Positions 39,212 through 49,211 of a DNA stretch of 64,000 bases are shown piece after piece. The notes under the pieces are model-generated. The model saw only the letters and a list, made by a program, of their open reading frames with translations, was not told the DNA's origin and did not search any database. Source of the DNA: a virus. The DNA lies in IMG/VR virus record IMGVR_UViG_3300031999_000009, positions 19,274 to 83,273 of that record; one strand, written 5' to 3'. The translations under genes and the position numbers were made by a program. How positions within the stretch are numbered: position 1 is the first letter of the stretch; every line of letters begins with the position of its first letter.

Positions 39212-39677
39212 GTTGCTCGGATCGGAAGAGATTCACGTGCGCCTGGAGTGTGCGACTGGGAAGGCTCCCTTCGATAGTCGACAGGACGCCAACCGCGCCC
39301 TCAAGCGATTGCCTCGGTCTGGGCCCACGCGGATGACGGTGTTCCGATGCGGCTATTGCGAGAAGTATCACCTCGGCCACCGTCGAGGAGCAGTTCTGTG
39401 AGTAAACGATGCCCACGATGCGAGTCGCCGGACCCGGCACGGCATCCCGCCATGCAGTTCGAGGGGGAAGTGCAAATCTGTGAGCACCCTTGGCACGGCA
39501 TACCAATCGACACGAGCACGAAGCGATTGGGAGCCCAGGCCAGAGCGGCCGAGGAGGGGAAGTGAGGGGACCAACTCCTCGGCGTCTTGGGCGCCACAAT
39601 CCCCGGCGCACGATACTGTTGCGACATCGACTCACGACATCCCTGTGGGGTCTTGGCCGCGAGCGAGGAGGAGAACG

Positions 39678-40112
39678 ATGAGTGCCAAGAGAAAGGTTCA
39701 GATTCCGTCCATTGGCGACCTGTTGGTGCTCGCCGCACCGTGGCAATTCCACGTGGTGAATGAGCATCGGAACGCCACGCTTGTCGCTCACATGGGGAAA
39801 ACAGTGCCAGGCCGGTCCTATTACCCGCTGGGCGTCACCCAAGCCGCGTCATGGCACCCGTTGCCTTCGACGCTCTGGTGCACGATCCCCTCCGGCGCCG
39901 TGCTCCGCGTCTCGCGTATCTACATCCGCGCTGGTGCGGCCGCCTACGACTCAGTGACGTTCTGGTGGAAGCCATCGCCGAAGGCGAAATCGGTTCGATT
40001 CTTCGCTCGACTGCCAGATGTGAACAAGATGTCGGTGCGCTCTGATGCCTGGACCGCCCGAGACGAGGCCGACCCGGTCCTTGGTGCCCGAGCGATCGAA
40101 TTGGAGGAGTGA
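39678..40112 (+). CDS. Conserved phage hypothetical protein
   Basis: GAGGAG RBS; IP.IGD...EHRN...RIYIR...YDSVTF...RFFA; ends RAIELEE. Confidence 0.6.
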   Translation: MSAKRKVQIPSIGDLLVLAAPWQFHVVNEHRNATLVAHMGKTVPGRSYYPLGVTQAASWHPLPSTLWCTIPSGAVLRVSRIYIRAGAAAYDSVTFWWKPSPKAKSVRFFARLPDVNKMSVRSDAWTARDEADPVLGARAIELEE

Positions 40113-40481
40113 TGACATGCGTGAACTGCGGTAAGAATGAGGCGCCGCTGGTGATTTGCGACCAGTGCCGCCAGTCCTATCCCGGCGACCCGCAGGTGCT
40201 CGAAATGATGGTGCACGCGTTCCAGCTGTATCGCGTGCCTGTCCTTGAGGCGTCCCCGGCTCCGTCGTGGCCGAAGAAGGTCGATCCGCAATGAGCTTCA
40301 TTCGCGTGCTCTGGGCACAGCGCGGCGGCCACATCCATTGTCGCGTGTTCGTTTCGAAGACGGAGGACGGCCCAGGCCATGCGTCCGGCAATCTCGTGTT
40401 CGACGTAGACGAGTGGCCCTGGGTGGCCCGCCGACTTGCGTATGTGGCTGGGATGGTTGTCGTTCACGAAGGAGACAACAC

Positions 40482-41714
40482 GTGAGCTTCGTCCTGCGCG
40501 ACTACCAAGAAAACGCCGTATCGCGAGGCGTGCAATTCTTGAAGTCTGGCACTGGCGGCGGCTTGGTCGTGCTGCCGACCGGTGCTGGCAAGTCGTTGGT
40601 CATCGCCGGCATCGCCAGTCGCCTGGATGGTCCGTGCCTGATTTTCCAGCCGTCGCGCGAAATCCTCCAGCAGAACGCAACGAAGTTGCTGGCGTATGGC
40701 TACGAGCCGTCCGTCTACTCCGCGTCGATGGGCGTGAAGGAGGTTGGCCACATTACGCTGGCGACCATCGGAAGCGTGAAGGCGCGACCGGACTTGTTCG
40801 ACGCCTTCCCCTACATCATGGTGGATGAGGCCCACCTGGTGAATGCCAAGTCCGGCATGTATCAGGAGTTCATCGAGTCCATGGGCGACGTGCGCGTCCT
40901 GGGGTTGACGGCAACGCCGTTCCGACTGTCGACCGATGGCTACGGTGGTTCGCAGTTGAAGTTTCTGACACGCACCAGGCCGCGCTTCTTTCACACGGTC
41001 GTGGCCTATGCCCAAATCCCAGACCTGATCCAGCGCGGCTATCTGTTCAAGCCGGAATACCAGGCCGTGACTGGCTTCACGGCCTCGGCTTTGAAGCTGA
41101 ACACGACAGGCGCGGACTACACGGACGATTCCGTGAAGCGCCATTTCAACCAGATCGGCTTCGCTGACCGCCTGCGCCGCATCGTCCTGCGTCTCTTGGA
41201 AGTGGGGCGCCGGAATGTGCTGGTCTTCACGCGGTTCGTAGATGAGGCCGAAGCGCTGGCGCGCACCGTGCCTGGCACGGCCGTCGTGACGGCAGCTACG
41301 AAGTCGCACGAGCGCGAGCAAATCATCGCAGACTTCAGGTCTGGCGTGATCAAGGTGGTGGCGAACGTCGGCGTGCTGGGCTTGGGCTTCGACTTCCCTG
41401 AGCTGGAGACGGTGGTGCTGGCCAGGCCGACCGTTTCGCTGGCGCTCTACTATCAGCAGGTCGGGCGCCTGCTGCGACCACACCCCGCGAAGACGTCCGC
41501 GTGGGTGGTGGACATGGTTGATCAGGTCCGTCAGTTTGGGCCGATCGAAAACTTGTGGCTTCAACCAGGCGGACCCAGTGGGATGCTCTGGGAGATGGTG
41601 ACGCGCACGGATGGCGTGACGAAGCCGTTGACGAACACGTATTTCGGTGGCGATCCGACGGGACGACGAAAGAAGTGGGATCGCAAGCGGAAGTGGGGAA
41701 CCAATGGACGTTGA
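40482..41714 (+). CDS. SF2 DEAH helicase (RadD/YejH-like)
   Basis: LRDYQ, LPTGAGKS, DEAH, GLTATP, GFDFP, ARPT, QQVGR. Confidence 0.93.
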   Translation: MSFVLRDYQENAVSRGVQFLKSGTGGGLVVLPTGAGKSLVIAGIASRLDGPCLIFQPSREILQQNATKLLAYGYEPSVYSASMGVKEVGHITLATIGSVKARPDLFDAFPYIMVDEAHLVNAKSGMYQEFIESMGDVRVLGLTATPFRLSTDGYGGSQLKFLTRTRPRFFHTVVAYAQIPDLIQRGYLFKPEYQAVTGFTASALKLNTTGADYTDDSVKRHFNQIGFADRLRRIVLRLLEVGRRNVLVFTRFVDEAEALARTVPGTAVVTAATKSHEREQIIADFRSGVIKVVANVGVLGLGFDFPELETVVLARPTVSLALYYQQVGRLLRPHPAKTSAWVVDMVDQVRQFGPIENLWLQPGGPSGMLWEMVTRTDGVTKPLTNTYFGGDPTGRRKKWDRKRKWGTNGR

Positions 41715-41940
41715 GCAGGCAGATTCGTCGCATGAGAAATGGGCAGACACAGCCGAATTGGTGGCCGAGAACCCGGCCGCGGCCACCGCGAAGTCGTTGC
41801 GGTTGGCGTTGGCGTATCTGTCGTATCGGCGGGCGGCGCTCATCTTGAACGCGCGCCGCAAGAAGCGAGAGCCCTCCGAAAAGAAGTTGGCAGCGATCGA
41901 CGCGCGGTTGCAGCACTACGCCGAATTGCTTCAGAAATAG
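41704..41940 (+). CDS. Hypothetical protein
   Basis: 78 aa overlapping the helicase stop. Confidence 0.45.
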   Translation: MDVEQADSSHEKWADTAELVAENPAAATAKSLRLALAYLSYRRAALILNARRKKREPSEKKLAAIDARLQHYAELLQK

Positions 41941-41964
41941 TCAAAGAATTCGGAGACGAAGGTG

Positions 41965-41993
41965 TTGACTCCTGCGCCCTTTGATAGTATCAT
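41965..41993 (+). promoter_or_regulatory. Early promoter P5
   Basis: TTGACT-N17-TATCAT. Confidence 0.85.
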
Positions 41994-41999
41994 TATTCT

Positions 42000-42410
42000 T
42001 GTAAGGAGGGGTGGGCGGCCGGAGGGGCTGTCACCGCGCCGGGTCAGAAGAGGGCCCGAACGCTCACCCACTTTGACAACTGAATCAGTCCAACGTGACC
42101 GGGCCCGAGTGGGTCGGGTTGCAGGAGACGGCCGACATATCCGGTAGGGACGCCAGCGCCGGACACACTAAGGCCGGGAGACATCTCCCCTGTAGGAACG
42201 CTGAAGTTACGTTGGACTGATTGGGTTGTCGGGGACACACGCCGGCGCGCGCAAGGGCAAGCGATTCCGCACGGACAAGCACTTCCGGGCGTTGCCCGAT
42301 ACGAAGGCGCCCTGTATCGGGAAAGGCGACGGCGGCCTTGACGACCCGCACTCTGCGTCGGATGTTAGGTTCAAGTAATTGGACCCATGCACGAAAGGTC
42401 CGACGCGCAC
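42000..42410 (+). ncRNA. Candidate structured ncRNA or long leader
   Basis: No convincing CDS after P5; 14-bp perfect long-range helix 42083-96/42209-22 extended by G-U pairs, plus several further stems. Confidence 0.6.
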
Positions 42411-42420
42411 TTTGGAGGCG

Positions 42421-42798
42421 ATGATGACGACTCAGTTCACGCTCATTCAGTTCACGCTCCTCACCAAGCAACGCCGCCGTATCGTCCGCCAGGAACCGTG
42501 CTGGCTGGCGACGGCGTCGTTCGCTGACGGGCCAGGGATGAAGGTCAAGAAGATGACCACCACGCGAGATATCCAGAAGGCGGCTCGCTTCAGTCTCGTG
42601 ACTGCGCACAACATCGCGGTCCAGTTCTCACACCTGCCGGCATCGCTGGTTCGACCGGACGGGTCGGTCCTCGAGGCCGAGTCGTCTGCGGTGCAGGCGG
42701 AACAGCGTCGGCGACACGACGAGCACCACCGCCTGAAGCGGGACATGAACCGAGACTTGAACGCCCTGTTCGAGTCGGCTGCGGAGATGCTGCGATGA
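42421..42798 (+). CDS. Hypothetical protein
   Basis: GGAGG RBS at the end of the structured leader. Confidence 0.55.
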   Translation: MMTTQFTLIQFTLLTKQRRRIVRQEPCWLATASFADGPGMKVKKMTTTRDIQKAARFSLVTAHNIAVQFSHLPASLVRPDGSVLEAESSAVQAEQRRRHDEHHRLKRDMNRDLNALFESAAEMLR

Positions 42799-42943
42799 GC
42801 AAGACCAGCGACTGGGCCATCCGCGTGCTGAACGAGGAGCCGCCCTTGAACAAATACGAGCGCGTGGTGCGCTACGACGCGTCGATGCTCAGGATGCAAC
42901 GCATCTGGGCCTACCTTCTGAAAAGAAAGATGAGGCTCTACCG

Positions 42944-43270
42944 ATGAAGCGCACACGCGCCAGTCTGCAGTTGGCCGAACTTCGGAAGCTGCGTGAGATT
43001 GCCCACGAGTGCCTCGAAGGTCGCGCCTGCCCATTCTGCGGCGAGCCGCTGCTGACGACCACCAACATCTACGCACCTGGTGACGGGATGGCGTCCCCCA
43101 TCAATGCGGACCTCACACTGCATCACCGCGACGGCAACCACGCGAACAACGCGAAGACGAACCGCGTGTGGGCACACCGGCGTTGCCACAAGTCGTTCCA
43201 CATGACCGAGCGCCATTTGGCCCGAAAGAAAGCATCGAATTTAGGCAAAGAATTAGCCCACACAGCTTGA
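42944..43270 (+). CDS. HNH endonuclease
   Basis: CPFC...LHHRDGNHANN..TN...HRRCH...H. Confidence 0.8.
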   Translation: MKRTRASLQLAELRKLREIAHECLEGRACPFCGEPLLTTTNIYAPGDGMASPINADLTLHHRDGNHANNAKTNRVWAHRRCHKSFHMTERHLARKKASNLGKELAHTA

Positions 43271-43295
43271 CTCGCTGCCGGATTGATAGTATCAT
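43267..43295 (+). promoter_or_regulatory. Early promoter P6 (upstream of Ku)
   Basis: TTGACT-N17-TATCAT. Confidence 0.85.
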
Positions 43296-43357
43296 CGTTT
43301 GGTAAGGTGATGACGACCACTTCGGCAACCACGGTGACTACGAAGGAGACGACGACA

Positions 43358-44158
43358 ATGGCCATGCGCTCAATCCTCAACTTGAACATCAGCCTCGGAA
43401 TGTTCGGCTTCCCGGTCAAGGTTTACAAGGCAGTGAACGACCCCGCGGAGGGCATCTCGTTCCGCCAGGTGCACGCAGCGTGCGGCACCCCGATCAACCA
43501 GGTGAAGCGCTGCTCCTGCTGCAACGTCGACGTGACGCAGGCGGAGCTGGTCAAGGGCTACGAGCAGCCCGGTGGCCCGATGCTGATCTTCCAAGAGGAC
43601 GAGATCAAGGCCCTCAAGCCCGAGGCGATGGGCACGGTCAAGGTCGACGGCTACCTCGCCGCTGACGAAATCGACCCCTGTTACCAGGACGGCCCCATCT
43701 ACTACTTGTCACCTGACCGCGGCACCAACAAGAAGGGCGACTGCGACACGTTCACCACCTGGCGCGACGCGCTGGCTGGCCGGTGGGCCATCGGCAAGGT
43801 CGTCATGTATGGCCGCGAGCACGTGGTGGCGATTCGCAGCGTCGACCGCCTCTTGGCGATGCACTTCATTCGGACCCACTCGGAGATTCGCAACGTGTTC
43901 GACGTGCCGGCCTACGACACGGTGCCGGAGACGAGCAAGAGCGAATACGCCGAGCTGATGGGCCAGCTCATTCGCAAGTCCACCATCGCGTTCGACGACG
44001 TGGTGCTGGAGTCTGACGCCTACACGGACTCGGTGAAGGCGCTGATCGAGTCGCGCAAGGCAGGCCAGCCCGCTCCGGCGCAGGCTGAGTTCAAGCCCGC
44101 GTCCACCGGTGGCGACCTGCTCGCGATGCTGAAGGCGTCATTGGCGGCTCAGGCGTGA
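43358..44158 (+). CDS. ku: Ku protein (DNA end binding)
   Basis: ISLG...PVKVYKA...ISFRQVH..CG..I....C..C....LVKGYE...IDP.Y...YYL.P...DLLAMLKASL. Confidence 0.9.
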   Translation: MAMRSILNLNISLGMFGFPVKVYKAVNDPAEGISFRQVHAACGTPINQVKRCSCCNVDVTQAELVKGYEQPGGPMLIFQEDEIKALKPEAMGTVKVDGYLAADEIDPCYQDGPIYYLSPDRGTNKKGDCDTFTTWRDALAGRWAIGKVVMYGREHVVAIRSVDRLLAMHFIRTHSEIRNVFDVPAYDTVPETSKSEYAELMGQLIRKSTIAFDDVVLESDAYTDSVKALIESRKAGQPAPAQAEFKPASTGGDLLAMLKASLAAQA

Positions 44159-44224
44159 TCAAGATGGTAAACCCGCAACTGGGAGCAGGTGCGCCCTGTT
44201 CCCCTCTCTCTCTGGAGGAGGACC

Positions 44225-44695
44225 ATGTCAGAACCGATCGGGATTGCACCGAAACGAAAGTTCACTGTCAACCAGTTCGATCTCGCGAATGCAATTCCTA
44301 ACTGCCCGGCGCACTGCGCCATTGCGCTCGCTATTGAGCGGACCTATGGCGCAACGAATGTGAGGGTCGGTAGCACCAGGGACGGCCGGATCGCTTTCAC
44401 CATCGGAAACAAGCGTTACGTTTACCCGGGCATTCCCCGTGCGGCGATCGAGTGTCAGTATCTCGTTGACGCCGGACAGGCCAACCGCGTAGCTCCATTT
44501 ACCGTGAATCTTGAGCACGGCTTCGTTCACAAAGTTGGGCAAAGCCCCTCCAGCAACCCAAAGCGGAAGCGCCGTGGTCACTGGCAGCGGAAGGCGTCGC
44601 GGAGCCCGCGTGGCGTGCCCTACTCTCGGACGCTAAGGCGCGAGCTCGAACAGCGACAACTCGAGGCTCTTTCCACTGGGACACACGTCAGATGA
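44225..44695 (+). CDS. Hypothetical protein
   Basis: GGAGGAGG RBS; basic C-terminus. Confidence 0.5.
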   Translation: MSEPIGIAPKRKFTVNQFDLANAIPNCPAHCAIALAIERTYGATNVRVGSTRDGRIAFTIGNKRYVYPGIPRAAIECQYLVDAGQANRVAPFTVNLEHGFVHKVGQSPSSNPKRKRRGHWQRKASRSPRGVPYSRTLRRELEQRQLEALSTGTHVR

Positions 44696-44985
44696 TCATC
44701 AAAATCATTCCGTCCGACGGGAAGCCCCCGACCAAGGTGGCCGACGCCGAGCTGCACTTCCGTGTCGAGGATGGCGTGCTGTCCGGCCTGAAGCTGATTG
44801 GATTCGGGGTCTGGCGCCGCGGCAACGGCGAGCACACCGTCACCTTTCCCGCGCGGCAGTATTCCGTCAACGGGGAGCGCCGGAGCTTCGCGCTCCTGCG
44901 TCCGATCGAGCATGTCGGCGCACAGAACACCATCCGCGACGCCATCCTCATGGCCTACGCAGAATCCGAAGGGAGCGTGAAATGA
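44692..44985 (+). CDS. SpoVG-like nucleic-acid-binding protein
   Basis: A.A.LHF...GLKL.GF.VW....VTFPAR....IRDAIL.AY pattern. Confidence 0.5.
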   Translation: MIIKIIPSDGKPPTKVADAELHFRVEDGVLSGLKLIGFGVWRRGNGEHTVTFPARQYSVNGERRSFALLRPIEHVGAQNTIRDAILMAYAESEGSVK

Positions 44986-46109
44986 GTCACTTTTCCGTGT
45001 TGGTCATCGGCGAGGACCACGAGGCGCAGCTCGCGCCGTTCCACGAGTTCGAGTGCACGGGACGCGTCGACGAATACGTGCAGACCGTGGACAAGACCGA
45101 GGAAGCGCGAGCGACCTACGTCAAGGACACCACGCGCATGCTGAAACTCGTGGACGGCACGCTCGTGAGTCCCTACGTCGGAGGGAACTACAACCCAGGC
45201 TACCTGCGTCCGCCGACCATCGAGGAGCGCGAGGCCATCCAGAAGGCTGGCCCTCTTGGACTCGGCGGCAAGCCTCCGTTCGAAACGGTGGGCTACGGCG
45301 ACAGCGTGCGCGTCGTGCAGTTCCCGGCCGGCGCCGAAGACATCCAGGTGCCGACCGTGGATCACGAGTCGTTCGCCGAGTGGGCAGCGGGCTACTACGG
45401 GGCGCCCATCGCGCACGGCATGTCGGAGGTTGACCTCGATGACACGCACAAATACGGCTACACGCTCGTCGAGGTCGACTCGGTGCCCTCGGTGCAGGTG
45501 TTCGACCGGACCAACCCGAACCGGAAGTGGGATTGGTATTCGGTCGGCGGTCGCTGGACGGGCTACTTCAAGGTCAAGGCGGGCGCGGACGCCGCCGTTG
45601 GTGATCCCGGCATCCTGACGGAGCCGGCTGAGAAAGGGTGGGCCGACGTCTGCCTCAAGGGCGACATCGACATCGTCGGAATGCGCGCCGAAGCCATGGC
45701 CACCGCCGCCGAGAACTTCGACCGCATCCACGCCATCCTTGACGACCGACCGCTGATCGAGCCGTGGGACCACGTGCGCGTGCGCTTCACCGAGCAGGGT
45801 ATCGACGCGGCTCGCAAGTTCTACAACGCCCAGGAGGGGCTCGTGGCCTTGCGTGAGGCCAAGGAGAGTGTTTGGAACATCGAGCCCTTCCTTGTGCAGC
45901 GGGACGAGTTCATCGAGACGGCGCGGCAGAACGCGCTCGTGCCGTTCGCGCTCGTGATGGACGGCCAGTGGTTCGAGTCCGGCTCGATGGGGTGGTGGGG
46001 CATGGTGTCTGACGAGAAGAACCAGGCCGAGTGGATGGCGATGGTGAACCAGCTCCTCGACGGCTTGCCGGACGGCACGCTGATCACAGCCGTGGACTGT
46101 CACATATGA
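44982..46109 (+). CDS. Conserved phage hypothetical protein
   Basis: MSHFSVLVIG...NPN.KWDWY.VGGRW...G.MGWWG...VDCHI. Confidence 0.7.
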   Translation: MSHFSVLVIGEDHEAQLAPFHEFECTGRVDEYVQTVDKTEEARATYVKDTTRMLKLVDGTLVSPYVGGNYNPGYLRPPTIEEREAIQKAGPLGLGGKPPFETVGYGDSVRVVQFPAGAEDIQVPTVDHESFAEWAAGYYGAPIAHGMSEVDLDDTHKYGYTLVEVDSVPSVQVFDRTNPNRKWDWYSVGGRWTGYFKVKAGADAAVGDPGILTEPAEKGWADVCLKGDIDIVGMRAEAMATAAENFDRIHAILDDRPLIEPWDHVRVRFTEQGIDAARKFYNAQEGLVALREAKESVWNIEPFLVQRDEFIETARQNALVPFALVMDGQWFESGSMGWWGMVSDEKNQAEWMAMVNQLLDGLPDGTLITAVDCHI

Positions 46110-46672
46110 GCGGCGGGGCACGCGGGCATTCGGTGGGCGGCGCCGTGCGAGGGTATCGAATCTTCGAGTGGTCCGGGCCCGATGTGGATAACGGCAGTCG
46201 GAAGCCGTTTTCCACGGCCGCGGAGGGCTCCTTCGACAAGGAGTGGCACGCGACACTCGCTGACGCGCAGGCGTGGATCGCCGCCGCGCCAACGCTGACG
46301 AAGTTGCGAGTGGAGTTCACCGCCTACGTCGTCGCTGGCAGCGCGACAGAAGACGAGCTGGAAGAGTGGGTGCGGTTCAACCTTCACGCCACGGGGTCGC
46401 TCACGAAGAGCCCCGTTTCTGAGAAGGAGCTCGAGGCGGTCGACGTCTCCGTCGACATCGAGGACTGTCGATGATGAAGTTTCGCGTCGTGGCGCATCGC
46501 ACGGCCGTCTACGAAGTCGAGGCCGAAACGAGCGAAGAGGCCATCGACCTCATGATCGGCGGCGCAGGTGACGAAGTGGATGGGTCCACCGAGGACATCA
46601 AAGCGATACCGATCTGCGGCAACTGCGACGCTGACCTCGTAGACGGTCGGTGTCCACAGTGTGGAGACAAGG

Positions 46673-47152
46673 ATGGCTGATTTCACGGGCACGCTCCTCT
46701 CGACCGGCTTCCGCGCGAAGGACAACTCGGCCTTCTTGACCGACCCGGAGGCGCAGCGCGCCATGGACCACATCGTGAAGGGCGAGGGCGGGTTCTTCGA
46801 CTGCCACGATGGGTGGTGGGCGTTCGGGTGGTATGGCCAGTATCCGGGGTCCGTCCTGCAGTTGACCTGCCAAACCTGCGACGGCGAAGGCGCCACGTGC
46901 TCAGAGTGTGACGGCGAGGGAAACGTCGAGGTTGACCTGACCGACATCGTGCAGCGCCACATCCACGATGACGACATTTGCGCGATCGCCGTCAGCGGCA
47001 ACGAGAAGCTCCGCTACAACGGTGGCACCACGGCCTACGTGTCGACCAAGGGCACCGTCTACGTCGATGGTGGCGCCGAGTGGGGCACGCACCTCACCCG
47101 CGCGGATCTCAAGGGGATCGCGGAGAAGATGAAGAAGCTGGAGGACTTGTGA
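46673..47152 (+). CDS. Hypothetical protein with a DnaJ-type CxxCxGxG zinc finger insert
   Basis: CQTCDGEG..CSECDGEG. Confidence 0.55.
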   Translation: MADFTGTLLSTGFRAKDNSAFLTDPEAQRAMDHIVKGEGGFFDCHDGWWAFGWYGQYPGSVLQLTCQTCDGEGATCSECDGEGNVEVDLTDIVQRHIHDDDICAIAVSGNEKLRYNGGTTAYVSTKGTVYVDGGAEWGTHLTRADLKGIAEKMKKLEDL

Positions 47153-47490
47153 CTCAACACATCGTCTTGGTGCCCATCGACGGTTCGCGCCCCTCGCAGG
47201 TCATCGCCCGAGGGTCAGGCGTTGTGTGCGAGAGAACCGCCTGGGAGGCCGGCGGGAAAGTGAAGGCTTACTACGAGGGCAATCTCTACGGGTCCGAGAA
47301 CATGGTGCGCTTCGAGGACCGCGTGCTTCACGCCTCTGGGCGACTGGCGCGGCACTATCCGACGGTGGCGTTCGGCGTGTGGGACAGTTCGGACTTCGTC
47401 GCGGCTGGCACGTTCGACTTCTCCGATGACTTCAAGCAGCGGCACCTGGAAATCACGGACGTGTTCGCGCTGGCGCGGTGGTCGCTGTGA
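47149..47490 (+). CDS. Hypothetical protein
   Basis: GTGA-coupled at both ends. Confidence 0.45.
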   Translation: MTQHIVLVPIDGSRPSQVIARGSGVVCERTAWEAGGKVKAYYEGNLYGSENMVRFEDRVLHASGRLARHYPTVAFGVWDSSDFVAAGTFDFSDDFKQRHLEITDVFALARWSL

Positions 47491-47873
47491 AGTTCGACCC
47501 GGCCATCTTCAAGCAGCGCGCGCCGTGTGCTGACTGTCCGTTCCGTCGCGAGGGTGGCGTGCGGCACAGCCTGCGGATGATGGCCAGCTACATCAGCTAC
47601 TTCATCGGGCCTGTGCCCGCGACGTTCCCGTGTCACAAGTCGGTGCCCAAGTCTGACCCGAGGAACAAGTGGTCGGCGTGGCAGGACGGTCAAGTGATCT
47701 GCGCGGGTGGGCTGATCTTCGCGCTCAAGCAGCAGCACTGCAACAAGCTCATGACGGCGGGCTTGATGAGTGGGGCCTACGACCCGGCGCAGCACCTGGA
47801 GGTGGACGCCGTATTCAACACGCCGGCTGAGATGCTGGCGTCAGCGGAGGGTGACGATGCGGACAAGGGATGA
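47487..47873 (+). CDS. Cys-rich protein (DUF6283-like)
   Basis: PCADCPFR...FPCHKS...ICAG. Confidence 0.55.
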   Translation: MKFDPAIFKQRAPCADCPFRREGGVRHSLRMMASYISYFIGPVPATFPCHKSVPKSDPRNKWSAWQDGQVICAGGLIFALKQQHCNKLMTAGLMSGAYDPAQHLEVDAVFNTPAEMLASAEGDDADKG

Positions 47874-48315
47874 CAAGACCATGGCGGCGCTGATTCCGCG
47901 CCGGCTCTACATCATTCGGTCGAGGAATCTGCTGGCCGGCGTGTGGAATCCGGAGCTTCGCGGGTTCATGGGCGTGCGGACCAAGTTCGACCACCGCTTC
48001 CTGGCAGTCGAAAACCACACTGAGACAGGCCCGCCCTTTGGCACCGCGTGGGAGCTGGAAGACACGGGGATCGACCTGCCGCCAGACATCGGCATGCACC
48101 AGAGCGAGCCGACGGCCTGCGAGCACTGCCGTCAGCCTGTGCGGTGGTCAGGTCCGCCCGCGCCTGCGCCATGGGTCCACGAGGAGCCTGCCTACGATGT
48201 CGGTTGCACGGCCTCGCCGCAGTCGAGACAGAACGAGCCGCTCTACCAGTGGCTGGAAGCTCAAGAGGCCGCACTTGGCGAGGAGCGCCTCGAGAATCCG
48301 AAGAGGAACGTATGA
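47857..48315 (+). CDS. Hypothetical protein
   Basis: SRNL..GVW...GF.G.RTKF motif; CxxC. Confidence 0.5.
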   Translation: MRTRDDKTMAALIPRRLYIIRSRNLLAGVWNPELRGFMGVRTKFDHRFLAVENHTETGPPFGTAWELEDTGIDLPPDIGMHQSEPTACEHCRQPVRWSGPPAPAPWVHEEPAYDVGCTASPQSRQNEPLYQWLEAQEAALGEERLENPKRNV

Positions 48316-48671
48316 GGTTGCCTGACGCCATCGAGCGCGACCTCCAGGCCATCGAGGCCGAGTATTTCTCACGCGGTGGACAGCAGGCGGGGACGCCACG
48401 GTTGCGCGCCCTTCGCGCGTCTCTTCAGATTGCGTTCCAGCAATTGCACTACCAGTATGGATTCGTTCCGACGGCCGTGCTGTCCGGGTCCGAGGCGCGG
48501 CTGGTGCTGGAGGCCATCGACAGCCATCTCTACTGGCAGTTGGCCGAGTCGAACAACCGGAACAATGGGGACGTGATCGCGGACACGGAGGAGATGCGGC
48601 CCTTCCGCGAGCTGGAAGCCAGGCTTGAGAACAATCTTCGCGGGTTCGACGCCGTAAAGATTCCCAAATAA
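48312..48671 (+). CDS. Hypothetical protein
   Basis: GAGG RBS, ATGA overlap. Confidence 0.45.
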   Translation: MRLPDAIERDLQAIEAEYFSRGGQQAGTPRLRALRASLQIAFQQLHYQYGFVPTAVLSGSEARLVLEAIDSHLYWQLAESNNRNNGDVIADTEEMRPFRELEARLENNLRGFDAVKIPK

Positions 48672-48685
48672 ATAGTCCACAGGGC

Positions 48686-48714
48686 TTGACTCGCTGCCCG
48701 ATTGATAGTATCAT
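48686..48714 (+). promoter_or_regulatory. Early promoter P7
   Basis: TTGACT-N17-TATCAT; next ORF ATG at 48721 could be leaderless. Confidence 0.85.
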
Positions 48715-48720
48715 TCTCTT

Positions 48721-48969
48721 ATGGTCAACAGCACACGTAAGCTCTCATTGGTTAGCAGGCGCATCCTGGGCATTCGCGAGGACGAGCTCGCGCCCGAGGT
48801 GCCACCTGCGCAGTGGGGTGTGCGGATGAACAACGTCCCGGTCTTCATGGGGCCGAACCTGCACTGGGTGGATGTCACTCGCGCATTTCGGTTCGACTCC
48901 CCCGAGCTTGCCCAGTCCTACGCGGACAACATGGGTTACTCGGACGTCGTCACAGTGGAGGCGTTGTGA
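48721..48969 (+). CDS. Hypothetical protein (possibly leaderless)
   Basis: ATG 6 nt after the -10 box of P7; no RBS. Confidence 0.4.
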   Translation: MVNSTRKLSLVSRRILGIREDELAPEVPPAQWGVRMNNVPVFMGPNLHWVDVTRAFRFDSPELAQSYADNMGYSDVVTVEAL

Positions 48970-49211
48970 GCGAGCACACCTTCCGCATCGAGGACGGGCA
49001 CTTGCGCTTCGTCTACGACGACGCGGTGGCGGAGCTACTCGACGAGGGCACGGTGGCGGTCTGCCGTGTCAGCCACGTGGAGCCAGCAGAGGGCGGCGGA
49101 TGGACGGCCGACATGAGTCCGGTGGATGGTCCCGTGTTGGGGCCGTTCCAATTGAGGCAGCAGGCGCTCGACGCCGAGCGTGCCTGGTTAACGAAAGAGA
49201 GGGGATTGTGA
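48966..49211 (+). CDS. Conserved hypothetical protein of the AAA/DUF1257/DUF2997 module
   Basis: R.SHVEP...W.AD.SPV.GP.LGPF..R..AL.AE.AWL. Confidence 0.6.
   Translation: MSEHTFRIEDGHLRFVYDDAVAELLDEGTVAVCRVSHVEPAEGGGWTADMSPVDGPVLGPFQLRQQALDAERAWLTKERGL

Noticed and set aside
42000-42410. tRNA, tmRNA or group I/II intron in the structured region
   Set aside because: No T-loop/cloverleaf or tag reading frame was recognised, and the element does not interrupt a gene.
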